In this document: piece by piece, positions 1-11,861 of the stretch
Numbering within the stretch: position 1 is the stretch's first letter
Layout: the number at the start of each line of letters is the position of its first letter
From: an uncultured Chloroflexia bacterium
GTDB taxonomy: Bacteria; Chloroflexota; Dehalococcoidia; UBA2979
Direction: 5' to 3'
Assembly: GCA_963728205.1 (NCBI GenBank)
Contig: CAVSIV010000001.1
Coordinates: 832,001-896,000 of the forward strand
Length of the DNA: 64,000 bases
Translations under genes and position numbers: made by a program
Notes under the pieces: model-generated
Told to the model about the DNA's origin: nothing
Database searches by the model: none
What the model saw: the letters and a program-made list of their open reading frames with translations, nothing else

Positions 1-516
1 ATGCGCGCGGTGTCCGCGCCGGAGCGGGCGGCGATGGCCTGGGTCGGCGCGTCGACGCCGGCCTCCGCACGGTTCCTCGTGATGTCGTCGGGGCGCGATG
101 AGGGTGCGCCGTCCGATGCGGGGCTCGACCCGCTCCTCGAGTGGTTCCCGGCGCTGACCGGGCGCATGAGCGTGGTGACCCCGCAGGGCCGCGAGTGGTT
201 CGGCGCGTTCCGGCGCACCGTGCTCGAGTACGACGCGCTGCAGCGCTGCACGCGCAGCGACGCCGCCTGCATCGCCGAGTGGTCGCGCGCGACCGGCGAG
301 ACGTTCGATTACGTGCTGCTGCCGCGGCTGCCCGACGGCGCCGGCGGCGCGCGGGGTGTTGCCGCGCCCGTGTGCTGCGCGACGCTCGTCGCATCGCTGC
401 GCGCGAGCCCCGCGTACGCGGTGGCCTACGACGGCCCGGGCGCCCTGATCCTGCGCTACCGGCCGACCGTCTCGGGCGAGGCGCGTGCACCGAGCGGCGC
501 CGGCTCACGGCGCTGA
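1..516 (+). CDS. C-terminal part of a membrane glycosyltransferase-like (ArnT/GT39-like) protein, probably truncated by the window edge
   Basis: Open from base 1; EWFPALT..S..TPQG.EW motif recalled from C-terminal domains of Chloroflexota membrane glycosyltransferases (family call tentative). Confidence 0.45.
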   Translation: MRAVSAPERAAMAWVGASTPASARFLVMSSGRDEGAPSDAGLDPLLEWFPALTGRMSVVTPQGREWFGAFRRTVLEYDALQRCTRSDAACIAEWSRATGETFDYVLLPRLPDGAGGARGVAAPVCCATLVASLRASPAYAVAYDGPGALILRYRPTVSGEARAPSGAGSRR

Positions 517-518
517 AG

Positions 519-590
519 GGCGAACGGCGCCGTGAGCACGCTGCGGGGTTCCGCGCGGCACCTCAGCCCGCTCACGCGGGGCCGTTCGCC
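519..590. repeat. REP-like family A inverted pair (consensus CTCAGCCCGCTGACGCGGGGCCGTTCGCC)
   Basis: Near-identical 29-mers at 562-590, 28437-28465, 28494-28522, 35590-35618 (inverted) and 35696-35724. Confidence 0.75.
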
Positions 591-749
591 GCGGGACGCC
601 GCCGCCCGGCGCCGGGATTCGCCCGATCCGCCCGCTGCGAGCTGCAACGGAGTTGCGAGGCCCCTGCGATCCCTGTGACTCGCCGGGCGCGGCCCGTCGG
701 GGACGATCGGATCACGGATCCGACGCGACCCGTCAGCGAAAGGACTCCC

Positions 750-923
750 ATGCCAGGCGAGAAAGATCGCATCAAGGGGAAGGCAAACGAGGCCGCAGGC
801 GCCGCCCGCAAGAAGGCGGGCGAGGCGACCGACAACAAGAAGATGCAGGTGAAGGGCGCGGCCCAGCAGGCGAAGGGCAAGGCGCAGAACGTGGCCGGGA
901 AGGTGAAGGAGAAGCGGTCATGA
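750..923 (+). CDS. CsbD family stress protein (57 aa)
   Basis: DRIKGKANEAAGAARKKAGEATDNKKMQVKG pattern; AAAGGA RBS before ATG 750. Confidence 0.9.
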   Translation: MPGEKDRIKGKANEAAGAARKKAGEATDNKKMQVKGAAQQAKGKAQNVAGKVKEKRS

Positions 924-1069
924 TCGGCCTGTTGTTGCTCATCTTGCTGCTCCTGGTGGTGTTCGGTGGACTGTCGTACGCCGTATCGCCGCTGTTCTTG
1001 ATCGCGCTCGTCCTGATCCTGCTCGTTGCCGGCGGCGGGTACGCCGGGCGAGGGCGGGGCTGGTACTGA
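920..1069 (+). CDS. small membrane protein (49 aa)
   Basis: ATGA overlap with the CsbD gene; two hydrophobic segments and a GYAGRGRGWY tail. Confidence 0.75.
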   Translation: MIGLLLLILLLLVVFGGLSYAVSPLFLIALVLILLVAGGGYAGRGRGWY

Positions 1070-1095
1070 CCAACGCGCGGCATCCAAGACACGTG

Positions 1096-1124
1096 GAAGG
1101 CCGGGTTCGCCCGGCCTTCTCTGT
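1096..1124 (+). terminator. intrinsic terminator-like hairpin
   Basis: GAAGGCCGGG-TTCG-CCCGGCCTTC followed by TCTGT. Confidence 0.65.
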
Positions 1125-1428
1125 GCGGCCACTCGCTGGCGCGAGATCACGCGCGGACCTGGTCCGACGCCCTCCTCACCGCTCGCCTCCTGCTGCGGTC
1201 GGCCGCGCCGGACGACGTCGACCGGTCTCCGCGCGTCTGGGCGCAAACGATGACCTGAACCGCGCGTGGCGCCCGCGTGATGGAGCGCTGCCGGCTGCGC
1301 TACGTGCGGACGTTTCACCTCGCGTGGGCGACGGCGATCGCCGGCACCGAGCGTGGGGCGTCGAGTATGCGATCGACCGGGAAGCCTGCGAGGAGGCTCG
1401 CGCCGGCGCGTGAGGCGTCGCCCCGGGC

Positions 1429-3990
1429 TCAGGGCGCGCGGCCGGGCGGACGCCGCCACCACACGGCGGCGCGCTCGCGCACGTCGGCCCACTGTGAGCG
1501 GTGCCGCGCGACGAGCACGCCCGCGCCGAGCACCAGCGCGACCGCGGCGAGCAGCGCGATGCCGTAGGGCAGCGCCCCGCTGATGCCGGCCAGCGTGAGC
1601 AGCGCGGAGACGCCCATCGTCGCCGCGCCGGCCACGGCCATCCAGCGCGCGTCGAGTGCGAAGGCGATCGCCATGAACATCGCCCCGTCGAGCGCGAGCA
1701 CGTACACCCAGTGCGCGCCTCCGGCGTCGAACACCTGCGCCGCCTGCGGCAGCGCGATCACCGCCGCGCCCGCCAGCTGGCTCGCCTCGTGCAACGCGAG
1801 GTGCGGCCGCCATACGTCCGGCGACTCTCGGAATACGAGGCCCATCGCGATCAGGTAGAGGCCGGCCGGCACCGTATAGGCCTGGACGTTCGCCGACCCG
1901 AGCAGCGCGACCGCCATCAGCGCCGCGATCATGGCCACCGCCGTCGCGGCGACGAGCGCCACCGGCGCGCGCAGCCGCCAGCCCTCGGCGACCAGCAGCG
2001 GTGCGATCGCGAAGATCAGCGCCGCGACCACGCGGTACTCCGGCGTCGTCACCGCCGGCACCGCCCCGCCGTGCAGGGCCTGCTGCATCGCCAGGGCCGC
2101 GACCGCCGGACCGCCGACCGCGCCACCCCACGAGAGCAGCTCGACCGCGACCGCCTTGCCGACGTCGGCCGGATGCTCGGAGTCGTAGTGGCGGTAACGC
2201 GCGAGCAGCGCGAAGCAGACGGCGCCCGCGGCGGCGTAGGTCACGCCGAGGCCCGCGAGCGGCCAGTCGAACGCCGCCCATGCCGCGGCCGCCGCCGCCG
2301 CCGCGGCGGGCGCCGCCATCAGCAGCGTGACCCAGCGTCGCGCGGCGCCCGCCGCGATCACGCTCGCGAGCGCGGCGATGCCGAGGAGGACCGCGTCGTG
2401 CCCGGCGTACGGCCCGGGGTGCTGCAGCCCCACGAACCCCGCGACCACCGCCGCCGGGAGCAACAGCACCTCGGCGGACGGGCGGCGCCGCGCCAGCGCG
2501 GCCAGCGCGGCGAGCAGGATCAGCGTCAGCGCGAGGAAGGGCCACGCGGAGTCCGGGCGCGTGACGCCGAGCGACTGCTGCAGGGCGGCGATCCCGGCGA
2601 GCAGCATGCCGATCGCCATCCAGGCGAAGACCAGGCGCTCGAGCAGGAAGGTCGGGACGTCGTCGGTGTCGCCGCGCACGATGCCGCGGTCGCGGTCGAG
2701 GCCCGCGATCGCGGCGAGGATGGCGGCGCCGGCGAAGCAGGCGGCCGCGCGATGCACGCTGACGTCGAAGGCGAGGAAGGCGGCCGGCGCCAGCGCGGCG
2801 GCCGCCGCGTATGCCCAGCCCGATCGCGCGAGCCCGATGTTCCACGGCGCCCACCAGCGCCGCGTTGCGAGCGCCAGCACGCCGGCGCCGAGCACGGGAT
2901 AGACGTACCACGCGTGCTGCGCGCCTGCGGCCCACAGGGCGGCGATGATCGCCGCGAAGGTGAAGCTCGCCGCGATCGGCAGCGCGACGTATGCGCGGAA
3001 CGACCGCCCGGCGATCGCGATCCCGAGCGCGACCAGCGCGAAGCTCACCGGCAGCTGCCAGTGCTGCCCGCCGACCGCCGCCGCCGCGGTCGCGGCATAG
3101 ACGGCGCCGAGCGCGCCGGCCCACGCGCAGATCAGCAGCGCCGCCGGGGTCATCCGACCGGCGAGGTGCAGGGCGCCCATCGCGAGCACGGTGAGTACGA
3201 GGAACCATGCCGGGAACCATTGCACGGGGAACCCGGCGACCAGCGCGGCCGACCCCCATGCGGCGGCCGCCGCCCCGCAGGCGAGCGCGAGGTAGCCGGC
3301 CCCGCAGCGCCGCCACGCGAGCCCCGCGTAGAGCAGGGTGCCCCCGGCCGTTGCAGCGAGCAGCGCGATGTCGCCGGGCATGCCGCTTCCGCGCAGGACG
3401 TCGAGGTAGAGCAGGCCGAACGCGAGCGGCGCCCCCAGCGCGCCCAGCGCGAGCAGCACGCCACCGGCCTCGCGCACGTCCGCGGCGCGCCGCGCCGCGA
3501 ACCCGCCGGCGAGCAGCCCCAGCGCGCACGCCACGACCAGCGCGTCGCGCACGCCGCCGCCGAACGCGCCGCCGGCGGCGACGCCGGCCACCGCACACAC
3601 CGCGGCGATCGCGAGCGCCGCGAGGTAGATGAGGAGGTCGCCCGGGCGCGCGGCGGCCCAGGTCAGCAGCGAGCCGCCGTTGCCCGCGCCGCCTGCCGCA
3701 GCGCGCTGCGCCGCCTCCCGCGCGGCCTCGCCCCGAGCACGCTCGGCGGCCGTGGCCAGTCGCGCCTCGAGGTGGTCGCGCAGGCGCCGGGCGGAGGTCG
3801 CATCGATCAGCCCGCGCGCGGTCCACCGTCCGGCGGCGTGGAGCAGCGATACGAGCGTGGCGACGTCATCGGGCGGCAGCGTTTCGCGCCAGCGGCGGCC
3901 GCAGACGGGACACGCGTCGATCCCGCGCGCGACCAGCGTGCCGCACGACGCGCAATAGCGATCCGGCTGGTCCGTCGCCTGATCTGCCAC
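1429..3990 (-). CDS. large polytopic membrane protein with N-terminal zinc ribbon (DUF2157/SCO7613-like)
   Basis: CASCG...CPVCG at the N-terminus then many hydrophobic helices; GGAG before GTG 3990. Confidence 0.75.
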   Translation of the reverse strand: MADQATDQPDRYCASCGTLVARGIDACPVCGRRWRETLPPDDVATLVSLLHAAGRWTARGLIDATSARRLRDHLEARLATAAERARGEAAREAAQRAAAGGAGNGGSLLTWAAARPGDLLIYLAALAIAAVCAVAGVAAGGAFGGGVRDALVVACALGLLAGGFAARRAADVREAGGVLLALGALGAPLAFGLLYLDVLRGSGMPGDIALLAATAGGTLLYAGLAWRRCGAGYLALACGAAAAAWGSAALVAGFPVQWFPAWFLVLTVLAMGALHLAGRMTPAALLICAWAGALGAVYAATAAAAVGGQHWQLPVSFALVALGIAIAGRSFRAYVALPIAASFTFAAIIAALWAAGAQHAWYVYPVLGAGVLALATRRWWAPWNIGLARSGWAYAAAAALAPAAFLAFDVSVHRAAACFAGAAILAAIAGLDRDRGIVRGDTDDVPTFLLERLVFAWMAIGMLLAGIAALQQSLGVTRPDSAWPFLALTLILLAALAALARRRPSAEVLLLPAAVVAGFVGLQHPGPYAGHDAVLLGIAALASVIAAGAARRWVTLLMAAPAAAAAAAAAWAAFDWPLAGLGVTYAAAGAVCFALLARYRHYDSEHPADVGKAVAVELLSWGGAVGGPAVAALAMQQALHGGAVPAVTTPEYRVVAALIFAIAPLLVAEGWRLRAPVALVAATAVAMIAALMAVALLGSANVQAYTVPAGLYLIAMGLVFRESPDVWRPHLALHEASQLAGAAVIALPQAAQVFDAGGAHWVYVLALDGAMFMAIAFALDARWMAVAGAATMGVSALLTLAGISGALPYGIALLAAVALVLGAGVLVARHRSQWADVRERAAVWWRRPPGRAP

Positions 3991-4107
3991 GGGTCGCACT
4001 CCGCCCTCTCTCGCACGCTAACGCGAGCGTGTTGACGGCCTGAGAGTCGTTGGTCCCCCCGCGAGGGGGCCTGCGTCACCCCTTGCCGCGCGCTGGGTCG
4101 CGCGCCG

Positions 4108-5073
4108 CTACGCCTCGGCCGCGAAGAGCGCGAGCTGCGACGGCTCCGGCGGCGGCTCGATTGGCCGCTCGCGCCGGTCCGCGATCCCGAGCGCCCCGGC
4201 GAGCCGCGCGACCGTCGACGCCGACTCCGCGGTCACGGCGCGCGGCGCGTACGCCCCTGCACGATAGAGGTCTTCGTAGCGACTCGCCTCTTCCGGCCAG
4301 TCGCGGGCGAGCGCCTCGAGGAAGTGCTCGCGCGTGCCCGGCGGCAGGTAGAGCACGCGCGCCCACGCGTGCGTCGCCCCGGCATCACGCGCGGCGCGGA
4401 TCACGGCGCCAATCTGCGCGGGGTCGTCGCTGATGCCGGGCAGCAGCGGCGCGAGCCCGACGCCGGCGCGGACGCCGGCGTCCACCAGGGCGCGCAGCGC
4501 GCGCAGCCGCTGGCCGGGCGGCGCCGTGCCGGGCTCGGTGCGACGCCATACCGCGTCGTCCAGCGTGGGGATCGAGAAGTGCACCGACACCGCGCCGCGC
4601 CCCGCCGCCTCCTGCAGCACGTCGACGTCGCGCACGATCAGCGGTCCGCGCGTGACGATGCTGAACGGCGTTCGCGCGAGGCCGAGCGCCTCGATGCAGC
4701 CGCGCGTCAGCCGATAGCGTCCCTCGGCCGGCTGGTAGGGGTCGGTCGCGGTGCCGATCGCGACCTCTTCGCGACGCCACCCGCGCCGGCCGAGCTCCCC
4801 GCGCAGCACGGCCACGAAGTTCGTCTTCACGCGCAGCGAGCGCCCGTATGTCTCGCCCGACGGCCGCTCGGCACGACGCTCGAAGGCGCGCACGTAGCAG
4901 AACGTGCAGCGGTGCGCGCAGCCCATGTACGGGTTGAGCGACCAGCGGAAGGGCATGCCCTGCACGCGCGTCAGCGCGCTGCGGCACGGCTCCTCGCGGT
5001 ACTCCACGCGCCACGCCGGCGGGACGGCGGTGACGGTCTTGGCGGTGCGCAGCGCGCGGTTGCGCTCCGGCAT
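4108..5073 (-). CDS. radical SAM protein, Rv2578c/spore photoproduct lyase-like family
   Basis: SLNPYMGCAHRCTFCY (CxxxCxxC), GTATDPYQPAE, C-terminal QLALF. Confidence 0.9.
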   Translation of the reverse strand: MPERNRALRTAKTVTAVPPAWRVEYREEPCRSALTRVQGMPFRWSLNPYMGCAHRCTFCYVRAFERRAERPSGETYGRSLRVKTNFVAVLRGELGRRGWRREEVAIGTATDPYQPAEGRYRLTRGCIEALGLARTPFSIVTRGPLIVRDVDVLQEAAGRGAVSVHFSIPTLDDAVWRRTEPGTAPPGQRLRALRALVDAGVRAGVGLAPLLPGISDDPAQIGAVIRAARDAGATHAWARVLYLPPGTREHFLEALARDWPEEASRYEDLYRAGAYAPRAVTAESASTVARLAGALGIADRRERPIEPPPEPSQLALFAAEA

Positions 5074-5240
5074 CGAGCAGCTCCTGTCCGATCAGTATGT
5101 TCTGATCGCCCGCGTCCACCGTATCGAAATCGTCCTCTCGCGTGAAGGCGGCGCGCCGCGAACGCGCGCCGCGAACGCGCGCCGCGGGCGCGTACGATGC
5201 CCGGCGACCGGCCGCAGCGACGAGCGAAGGAGGGCGCGCG

Positions 5241-5819
5241 ATGAGCCGCCTCGGACCGATTCCCGAACCCGCGACGATGGATGAGGCGACGAAGGCCGAG
5301 TACGACAGCCTCGTCCGCTTCCGCAAGGGCGTGCCGCCCTCGGGCTTCTGGGGTGGGCCGTACGACGCCTGGTTCCGCAGCCCGGAGCTGTGTCACCAGA
5401 TGCGCACCCTCGGCGGGTGGTTCTGGGAGAAGACGGCGGTCGACCGCGGGATCGTCGAGCTCGCGATCTGCGTCGCCGCGTCACACTGGCAGGCGAACGT
5501 CGAGTGGGTGCACGCAGGCACCGCGCTGCGCAACGGCATCCCGCAGTCGGCGCTCGACGCCGTGCAGGCCGGCCGGCGCCCAGACTCGGACCGCGACGAC
5601 ATCCTCACGGTGGTCGACCTGTCGCGTGCGCTGCTCGAGGGGAAGTCGCTCTCGGACGCGCTCTACCGCCGCGCGGTGGAGCAGTTCGGCGAGCGCGGCG
5701 TGACGGAGATCGCCGGGCTGCTGGGGTTCTACACGATGGTCGCGTTCCAGTTGCGGGCGTTCGAGATCGAGCCCGGCGACGACGGGTTCCACGGCTTTGC
5801 ACGTCCGCGGGAGGCGTGA
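5241..5819 (+). CDS. carboxymuconolactone decarboxylase (AhpD-like) family protein
   Basis: GPYDAWFRSPEL, ELAI, EWVH and LLGFY motifs; AAGGAGG RBS. Confidence 0.85.
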   Translation: MSRLGPIPEPATMDEATKAEYDSLVRFRKGVPPSGFWGGPYDAWFRSPELCHQMRTLGGWFWEKTAVDRGIVELAICVAASHWQANVEWVHAGTALRNGIPQSALDAVQAGRRPDSDRDDILTVVDLSRALLEGKSLSDALYRRAVEQFGERGVTEIAGLLGFYTMVAFQLRAFEIEPGDDGFHGFARPREA

Positions 5820-5836
5820 GAGACGGGGCGTTACGG

Positions 5837-6229
5837 CTACGCGTCGAGTACGGTCGTGCGCCAGGTCGCGCGCCAGCCGTCGCCGGCACGCATCAGCACC
5901 ACGATCTCCGTGCGCACGTCGTGATGCGTCTCGCCGTCGCGCTCGTAGTCGAGCTCGAGGCGGTAGGTGACGACCGCGGTCGCGTCTTCCCACGTGTCGA
6001 CCACGTGATCCGACTCCCGGAAGTCGCGGATCGTGGCGTTCTCGCGGAACTCGCTGTAGCGGTCGATCGCGGCATGCACGCCGACGCTGCGCACGGTGAA
6101 GCCGGGCTGCACGACGACGGCGTCGGGATGCAGGAACGGCTCGACATCTTCGGGGGCGCCCTCCAGCCAGGCGGCGTTGATGCGACGCACCGTCTCGATG
6201 ACCTCGTCGCGCACCTGCTCGTTCGTCAC
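5837..6229 (-). CDS. NTF2-like/SnoaL (DUF4440) protein
   Basis: 130 aa with NAAW...LHPDAV and a terminal DGWRATWR strand typical of the fold. Confidence 0.75.
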   Translation of the reverse strand: MTNEQVRDEVIETVRRINAAWLEGAPEDVEPFLHPDAVVVQPGFTVRSVGVHAAIDRYSEFRENATIRDFRESDHVVDTWEDATAVVTYRLELDYERDGETHHDVRTEIVVLMRAGDGWRATWRTTVLDA

Positions 6230-6440
6230 GTCGGCCTCTTCCTAGATGGACCGCGGGACCCGGGGTGGCCCGCGCGGATCCACCCTAGCAGGGGGTTCAA
6301 TCGCGACGCGGAAGCATCGGAAACGGCGGGAAGGGTGGGCGCAACGCGGGGCGACCGGGCAGAGGCAGCGCACGGCGGGGGCGGGCTGAAGCATGCCCGG
6401 AATCGGCGACGTGTCTCCCGCCGCTTGCATGGCGGGCGGG

Positions 6441-8081
6441 TCAGCCCTCCACGACCGGTAGCACGAGGCGCGATGGGTGCGCGGCGTCGTGCAGCACGAC
6501 GTTGCTCGATGGCAACGGGTTCACCTCGAGCGCCGGGAAGTCGCTCGTCCCAATCGACACGCGGACGCGATGCCCCGGCTCGAAGACGTGCGTCACCGGC
6601 CAGATCTCGATGTCGAGCTCCACGGGCTCGCCGGGCGTCAGCGGCTCCGGGCGCTCGTGGCCGGCGCGGTGGCTCGCCTTCAGCGCGCCGTAGTTGAGGA
6701 AGCGCGAGCGGCCGTCCGGCGCCACGTCCGCGAGGCGCACGCAGATGTCGACGTCGATGGCGTCCGACTGGACCCATGCGCGCAGGTGCGGCAGCCCCAC
6801 CACCTGGAGCGGCTGTGCGAGCGGCTCGCTCGTGTAGGTCAGCGCTCGCCGCTCCCAGTCGCGGCAGTCGGCGACGTCGCGCGGCGAGTGATTCGGCTCC
6901 GACGGGTCGTGCGCGATCGCATCGGCAGGCCCGCCGGGCGCGTCGCCCAGGCAGCCGCCCATCGTCGCGGCGTCGCCGCCGCGCGCGGCCGTGCTGAGGT
7001 GCAGCTCGCGCTCGACCGTCCCCGGCGGGGGCCACCCCGCGGCGTCGACCCAGCGCTCCGCGCCGGTGAGGTACATGCGGAGGCGCGGCTCCTCCGTCAC
7101 GCCGTTCTGCTCGCCGCGCAGGAAGCGGTCGAACCAGCGCGCGGTGAGCTCGGGCAGGCCGCCGTCGGCCGCCTTGCCCTCGGAGTCGACGGCGCCGGGC
7201 GCCATGTAGAGGCGCGTGGGCACGCCCGCCTGCCGCTCGTGGATGCGGATCGTCGCACGGCCGAAGTGGTCGTACAGCACCCCGGCGTGCAGGACCGGCA
7301 CCCGCACCTCGTCGAGCCGCTCCATTAGCGAGAGGCCGCGCCAGAAGTCGTCGTCCGTCGGGTGGTGATACATCTCGGTCAGCCAGTCGAGGTCGACCGG
7401 CGCCTTCTTCGCCTGCACGCGTCGATGCACGCGGTCGTAGCGATGGCGGTACACGGCGCGCTTGCGCTCATACGACGGGTGGGCCGGGTCGCCGGGGTCG
7501 AGCGGAGCGAGCCGTGCCTGCTGGCCCGTCGCCCAGTTGATGCGGTCCTCGTAGCGATAGACGCCGCCGACGAACCACTGGTCCGCGTAGAAGTCGGCGG
7601 GGTGCATGTTCGCCATGATCGCCCGCAGGTGCGGCGGCTGCGTCATCGCCGCCGCGTACGCGAGGATGCCGCCGGCCGACGCGCCGTGCATGCCGACGTT
7701 GCCGTCGCACCAGGGCTGCGCCGCGATCCATTCGACCGTGTCGTAGCCGTCGTAAGGGCCGCCGACGAAGTTGTAGTAGTCGTAGTCGCCCTCGGCGTAG
7801 CCCGTGCCGCGCGTGTCGCTGACGACGACCGCGTAGCCGCGCGACGTCAGGAACTCCGGTCCGATCATCGCGCGGGCGATTGCCGCGAGCGGCCCGACCG
7901 GCGACGTGCGCGGGTAGCCCATCGCGCCGAAGCCGATGCCCGTCATCACGGCGTTCTTGATGTACGGCGTCCGCGTGAGGATCGCCGGGTAGGGGCCGGC
8001 GCCTTCGTCGGGGAGGTGGAGGTCGACCGAGATGGCGACGCCGTCGCGCATCGGCACGTAGATGTCGGTCTCGGTGCGCAT
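6441..8081 (-). CDS. CocE/NonD family serine hydrolase
   Basis: VPMRDG, RTPY, DTRGTG, DTVEWIAAQPWCDGNVGMHGASAGG, HVFEPGHRVRV. Confidence 0.92.
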   Translation of the reverse strand: MRTETDIYVPMRDGVAISVDLHLPDEGAGPYPAILTRTPYIKNAVMTGIGFGAMGYPRTSPVGPLAAIARAMIGPEFLTSRGYAVVVSDTRGTGYAEGDYDYYNFVGGPYDGYDTVEWIAAQPWCDGNVGMHGASAGGILAYAAAMTQPPHLRAIMANMHPADFYADQWFVGGVYRYEDRINWATGQQARLAPLDPGDPAHPSYERKRAVYRHRYDRVHRRVQAKKAPVDLDWLTEMYHHPTDDDFWRGLSLMERLDEVRVPVLHAGVLYDHFGRATIRIHERQAGVPTRLYMAPGAVDSEGKAADGGLPELTARWFDRFLRGEQNGVTEEPRLRMYLTGAERWVDAAGWPPPGTVERELHLSTAARGGDAATMGGCLGDAPGGPADAIAHDPSEPNHSPRDVADCRDWERRALTYTSEPLAQPLQVVGLPHLRAWVQSDAIDVDICVRLADVAPDGRSRFLNYGALKASHRAGHERPEPLTPGEPVELDIEIWPVTHVFEPGHRVRVSIGTSDFPALEVNPLPSSNVVLHDAAHPSRLVLPVVEG

Positions 8082-8114
8082 GGGGGGTTCCTCCCTGTCG
8101 CGAAGGCGGCCGGC

Positions 8115-8178
8115 AAGCGGCGGCGGATGCGCCGCCGATGGCACGCAGCCACAGGCGGCGGTGTATCTGCCGCCGTTT
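8115..8178. repeat. REP-like family D inverted pair (AAGCGGCGGCAGCATGCCGCCG)
   Basis: Related pairs at 24089-24168, 27189-27279 and 62877-62970; single arm at ~6403-6427. Confidence 0.65.
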
Positions 8179-8201
8179 GCGTCGGACGGGCGACCGTCGC
8201 G

Positions 8202-9368
<1,167 letters not shown>

Positions 9369-9556
9369 GGGGCGTGTCCATCCTTCATCTGTGGCGTGAT
9401 GGCGCGCGCATCTTACGCGAACGTCGCGTTGACGCGGAGCGAGGGGCGTCCGCGCGCCGCGACCGGGCGGCGAGGGACGCGGACTGCCGGCGAGCGTGCC
9501 GACGGGGCGCTCGCCGGCGCCCCGTCGCGTGCGGCAGCCTCGCCCCGCCTCCGGGT

Positions 9557-11384
9557 TCAGCTCTCCATGGTCGGCGCGCCCTCGTCGAGCCAGACCGCGC
9601 GGATCTGCCCGTTCGCGTAGCACGTGGAGGTTCCGATGCCGTGGGCCCGGTAGTTCATGACGTAGTTGTGGAAGAACGATCCCCCGCTGCTCGGGCCGAG
9701 TGGGAGGAAGACGTCGTAGACGATGTCGAGCTCGCGATCCCAGAGCTTCTTCCAGAATCTCCTTCTGCGCGTCCGGGTTCGTCTCCTTGCGCTGCGCGAG
9801 GACGAGGTTGTCGATCGTCGAGTCCTTGAGGTTGCCGAAGTTGAGGCCACCCTCGGAGAAGTAGAAGGGATAGACGGACTGGTCCACCGAGTACGCCGGC
9901 GGCCCGAAGGTCATCCCGGTCGCCCACTCGAAGTTGCGGTCGTTGAGCAGCACCACCGCGGTCGGGTTGTCGACCTGACGGTACTTGATGTCGAGCCCGG
10001 TGGTCTGGTTCATGATCGGCAGCACGAGCTCGGTGAAGTTGTAGAAGCCGCTCAGGTAGAAGCCGGTCATCTCGAACGAGAGCGGCTTGGCGTCCGTGTA
10101 CCCGGCGGCCGACAGCAGCTTCGCTGCCTCGCCGGGGTTGTACTGGTACCACGGGCCCTCGGACTCGAGCGTCGGCTGTTTCTCGAACAGTACCTGCCAT
10201 GAGATCGACGGCTTCGCGAACCCGCCGTTGAGCTCGCCGCGCGCCTCGTTGTAGCCCTTGCGATCGATGCTCATGCTGATCGCGCGACGCACGCGCTCGT
10301 CCTGGAGCACCGGGTTCTTCATCTGGAAGCGGAAGACGTTGCTGTTCGAACCCTGGATGCCGTCGTACAGGTAGCGCACCGAGTCCTTCGTCGACTGCTG
10401 CATGTCCTTGGCGGCCTCGTCGGTGGGGGCACCCCAGTCGAACAGGTGATTCGTCTCGTACGCGGCGAGCAGCGTGTTCGGGTCGTTCTGCACGACCGCG
10501 ATCACCTTGTCGAGGAACGGCAGCCCCTTCTCGAAGTAGTCCGGGTTCTTCACGAACACCGAACGCTCCTTCTGCGTCCACTCCTGCTGGATGAACGGCC
10601 CCGTCCCGACGGCGTGCCGGTTGAGGTAGTCGAGATCGGCGACGAGCTCCTTCGGCCAGACGAACGACCATGCCGCGAGGTTGCGGGGGAAGTCGACGAG
10701 CGGCTGGTTGAGGGTCATCTTGAGCGTGTGATCGTCCGTGGGCTCGAACTTGTCGACGACGCTGAAGACGTCCTGCTGTGTGCCGCCGGCCTTGTAGCGC
10801 TGATACGACGCCATCACGTCCGACACGTCGAACGCGCGGCCGTTCACGGGTTTGACGTTCTGGAATTTCACGTCTTTCCGCAGGTGGAAGACGAACTCGG
10901 TGGCGTCCTGGTTCGACTCCCATGACTCCGCAAGGTCGGGTTCGATGTCGATCCGGTTTTGCGCGGACAGCGGGCCGAGCTTCGCGCGCACGAGCTTGTT
11001 GTTCGTGTAGTCCATCGTCGTGTTGATGGTGCACGAGAGCGTCTTGTTGAAGTCCATGTGGGGCGGGTCGAGGTAGCGCGTGACGAGCGTCCCGCCGTAC
11101 CGCCCGTTCGCGAGCGGAGCTTGCTCGGCCGGCGTCGGCGGCGGGGCACCCTGGTACGTGCCGGGCGCGACCCGCACCTGGTCCTTCGCGACCTTGCCCG
11201 CGCTGGCGGTGGTCGTCGTCGCCCCGGTGGCGGAAGTCGCGGCGGCGGACGAGCCGCTCGGCTTCGAATCGCCGCACCCGACGAGCGCCGCCCCGGCGAC
11301 GCCCGCCAGGCCGATGCCGGCACTCCGCAGGACGGAGCGGCGCGTGATGGTTCGTCGTTGCACGAGAGACTGACGGTGGGTCAT
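9557..11384 (-). CDS. ABC transporter substrate-binding lipoprotein (family 5), Tat signal; +1 frameshift at ~9757
   Basis: TRRSVL twin-Arg, LVGC lipobox, PDLAESWE, GTGPF; removing one base from GAGATTC gives KEIWKKLWDRE and joins the 9557-9850 ORF. Confidence 0.88.
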
Positions 11385-11861
11385 GGCAAATCCCGCCTCG
11401 CTGTGATGGCAGTCGTGAGTGCCGACCCAGAACGTACGTAATACGCGGATGCGAGCGAATGTCAAGATCGGCGCCGTGCGCGAGGCGATACGCGTGGCCG
11501 GGAGAAAAAGAATCCCGCTGCAGCCTCGTCGGCTCAGCGGGTTATGGCGACCCCGATCGGGCTCGAACCGAGGATAACCCGCTGAACTTGGGGACATCGA
11601 CCCCGGTGCCCGTCGGTTCGTCGCGGCAGGTCGAGGGGCGTAGCCGCTTCTCATCTCCCGGAGCGCTTGCAGGCAGCAAAATGGGCCCGATCGGGATCCA
11701 AGTGGAGGCTGCGATGGTCATCAGGTACGGCAGAAGTTCAGGGGCGACTTCGTTGCCACCATCTTCGAGCTCGCGGATGGGAACGTGATCGTGAGGGACA
11801 GCACGGGGCCCTCCGCCTTCCTCTTCACATCCGAGCGCCACTACTGAATTGTTCAGCTCCG

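Noticed and set aside
1093-1413. 106-aa ORF after the CsbD operon
   Set aside because: Starts within the terminator hairpin and has no motif; possibly decayed sequence
572-4035. Long Arg/Ala/Pro-rich ORFs overlapping real genes (e.g. 572-3826, 1501-4035, 7362-9620, 35883-38828, 56585-59776)
   Set aside because: Shadow frames expected at very high GC; no recognisable motifs, except that the end of 56585-59776 is def
6240-6300. Hairpin upstream of the NTF2-like gene as a riboswitch
   Set aside because: A single GC-rich stem with no recognisable aptamer motif
11545-11575. Second tRNA gene
   Set aside because: Only the T-arm and 3' acceptor strand are present; treated as an att duplication
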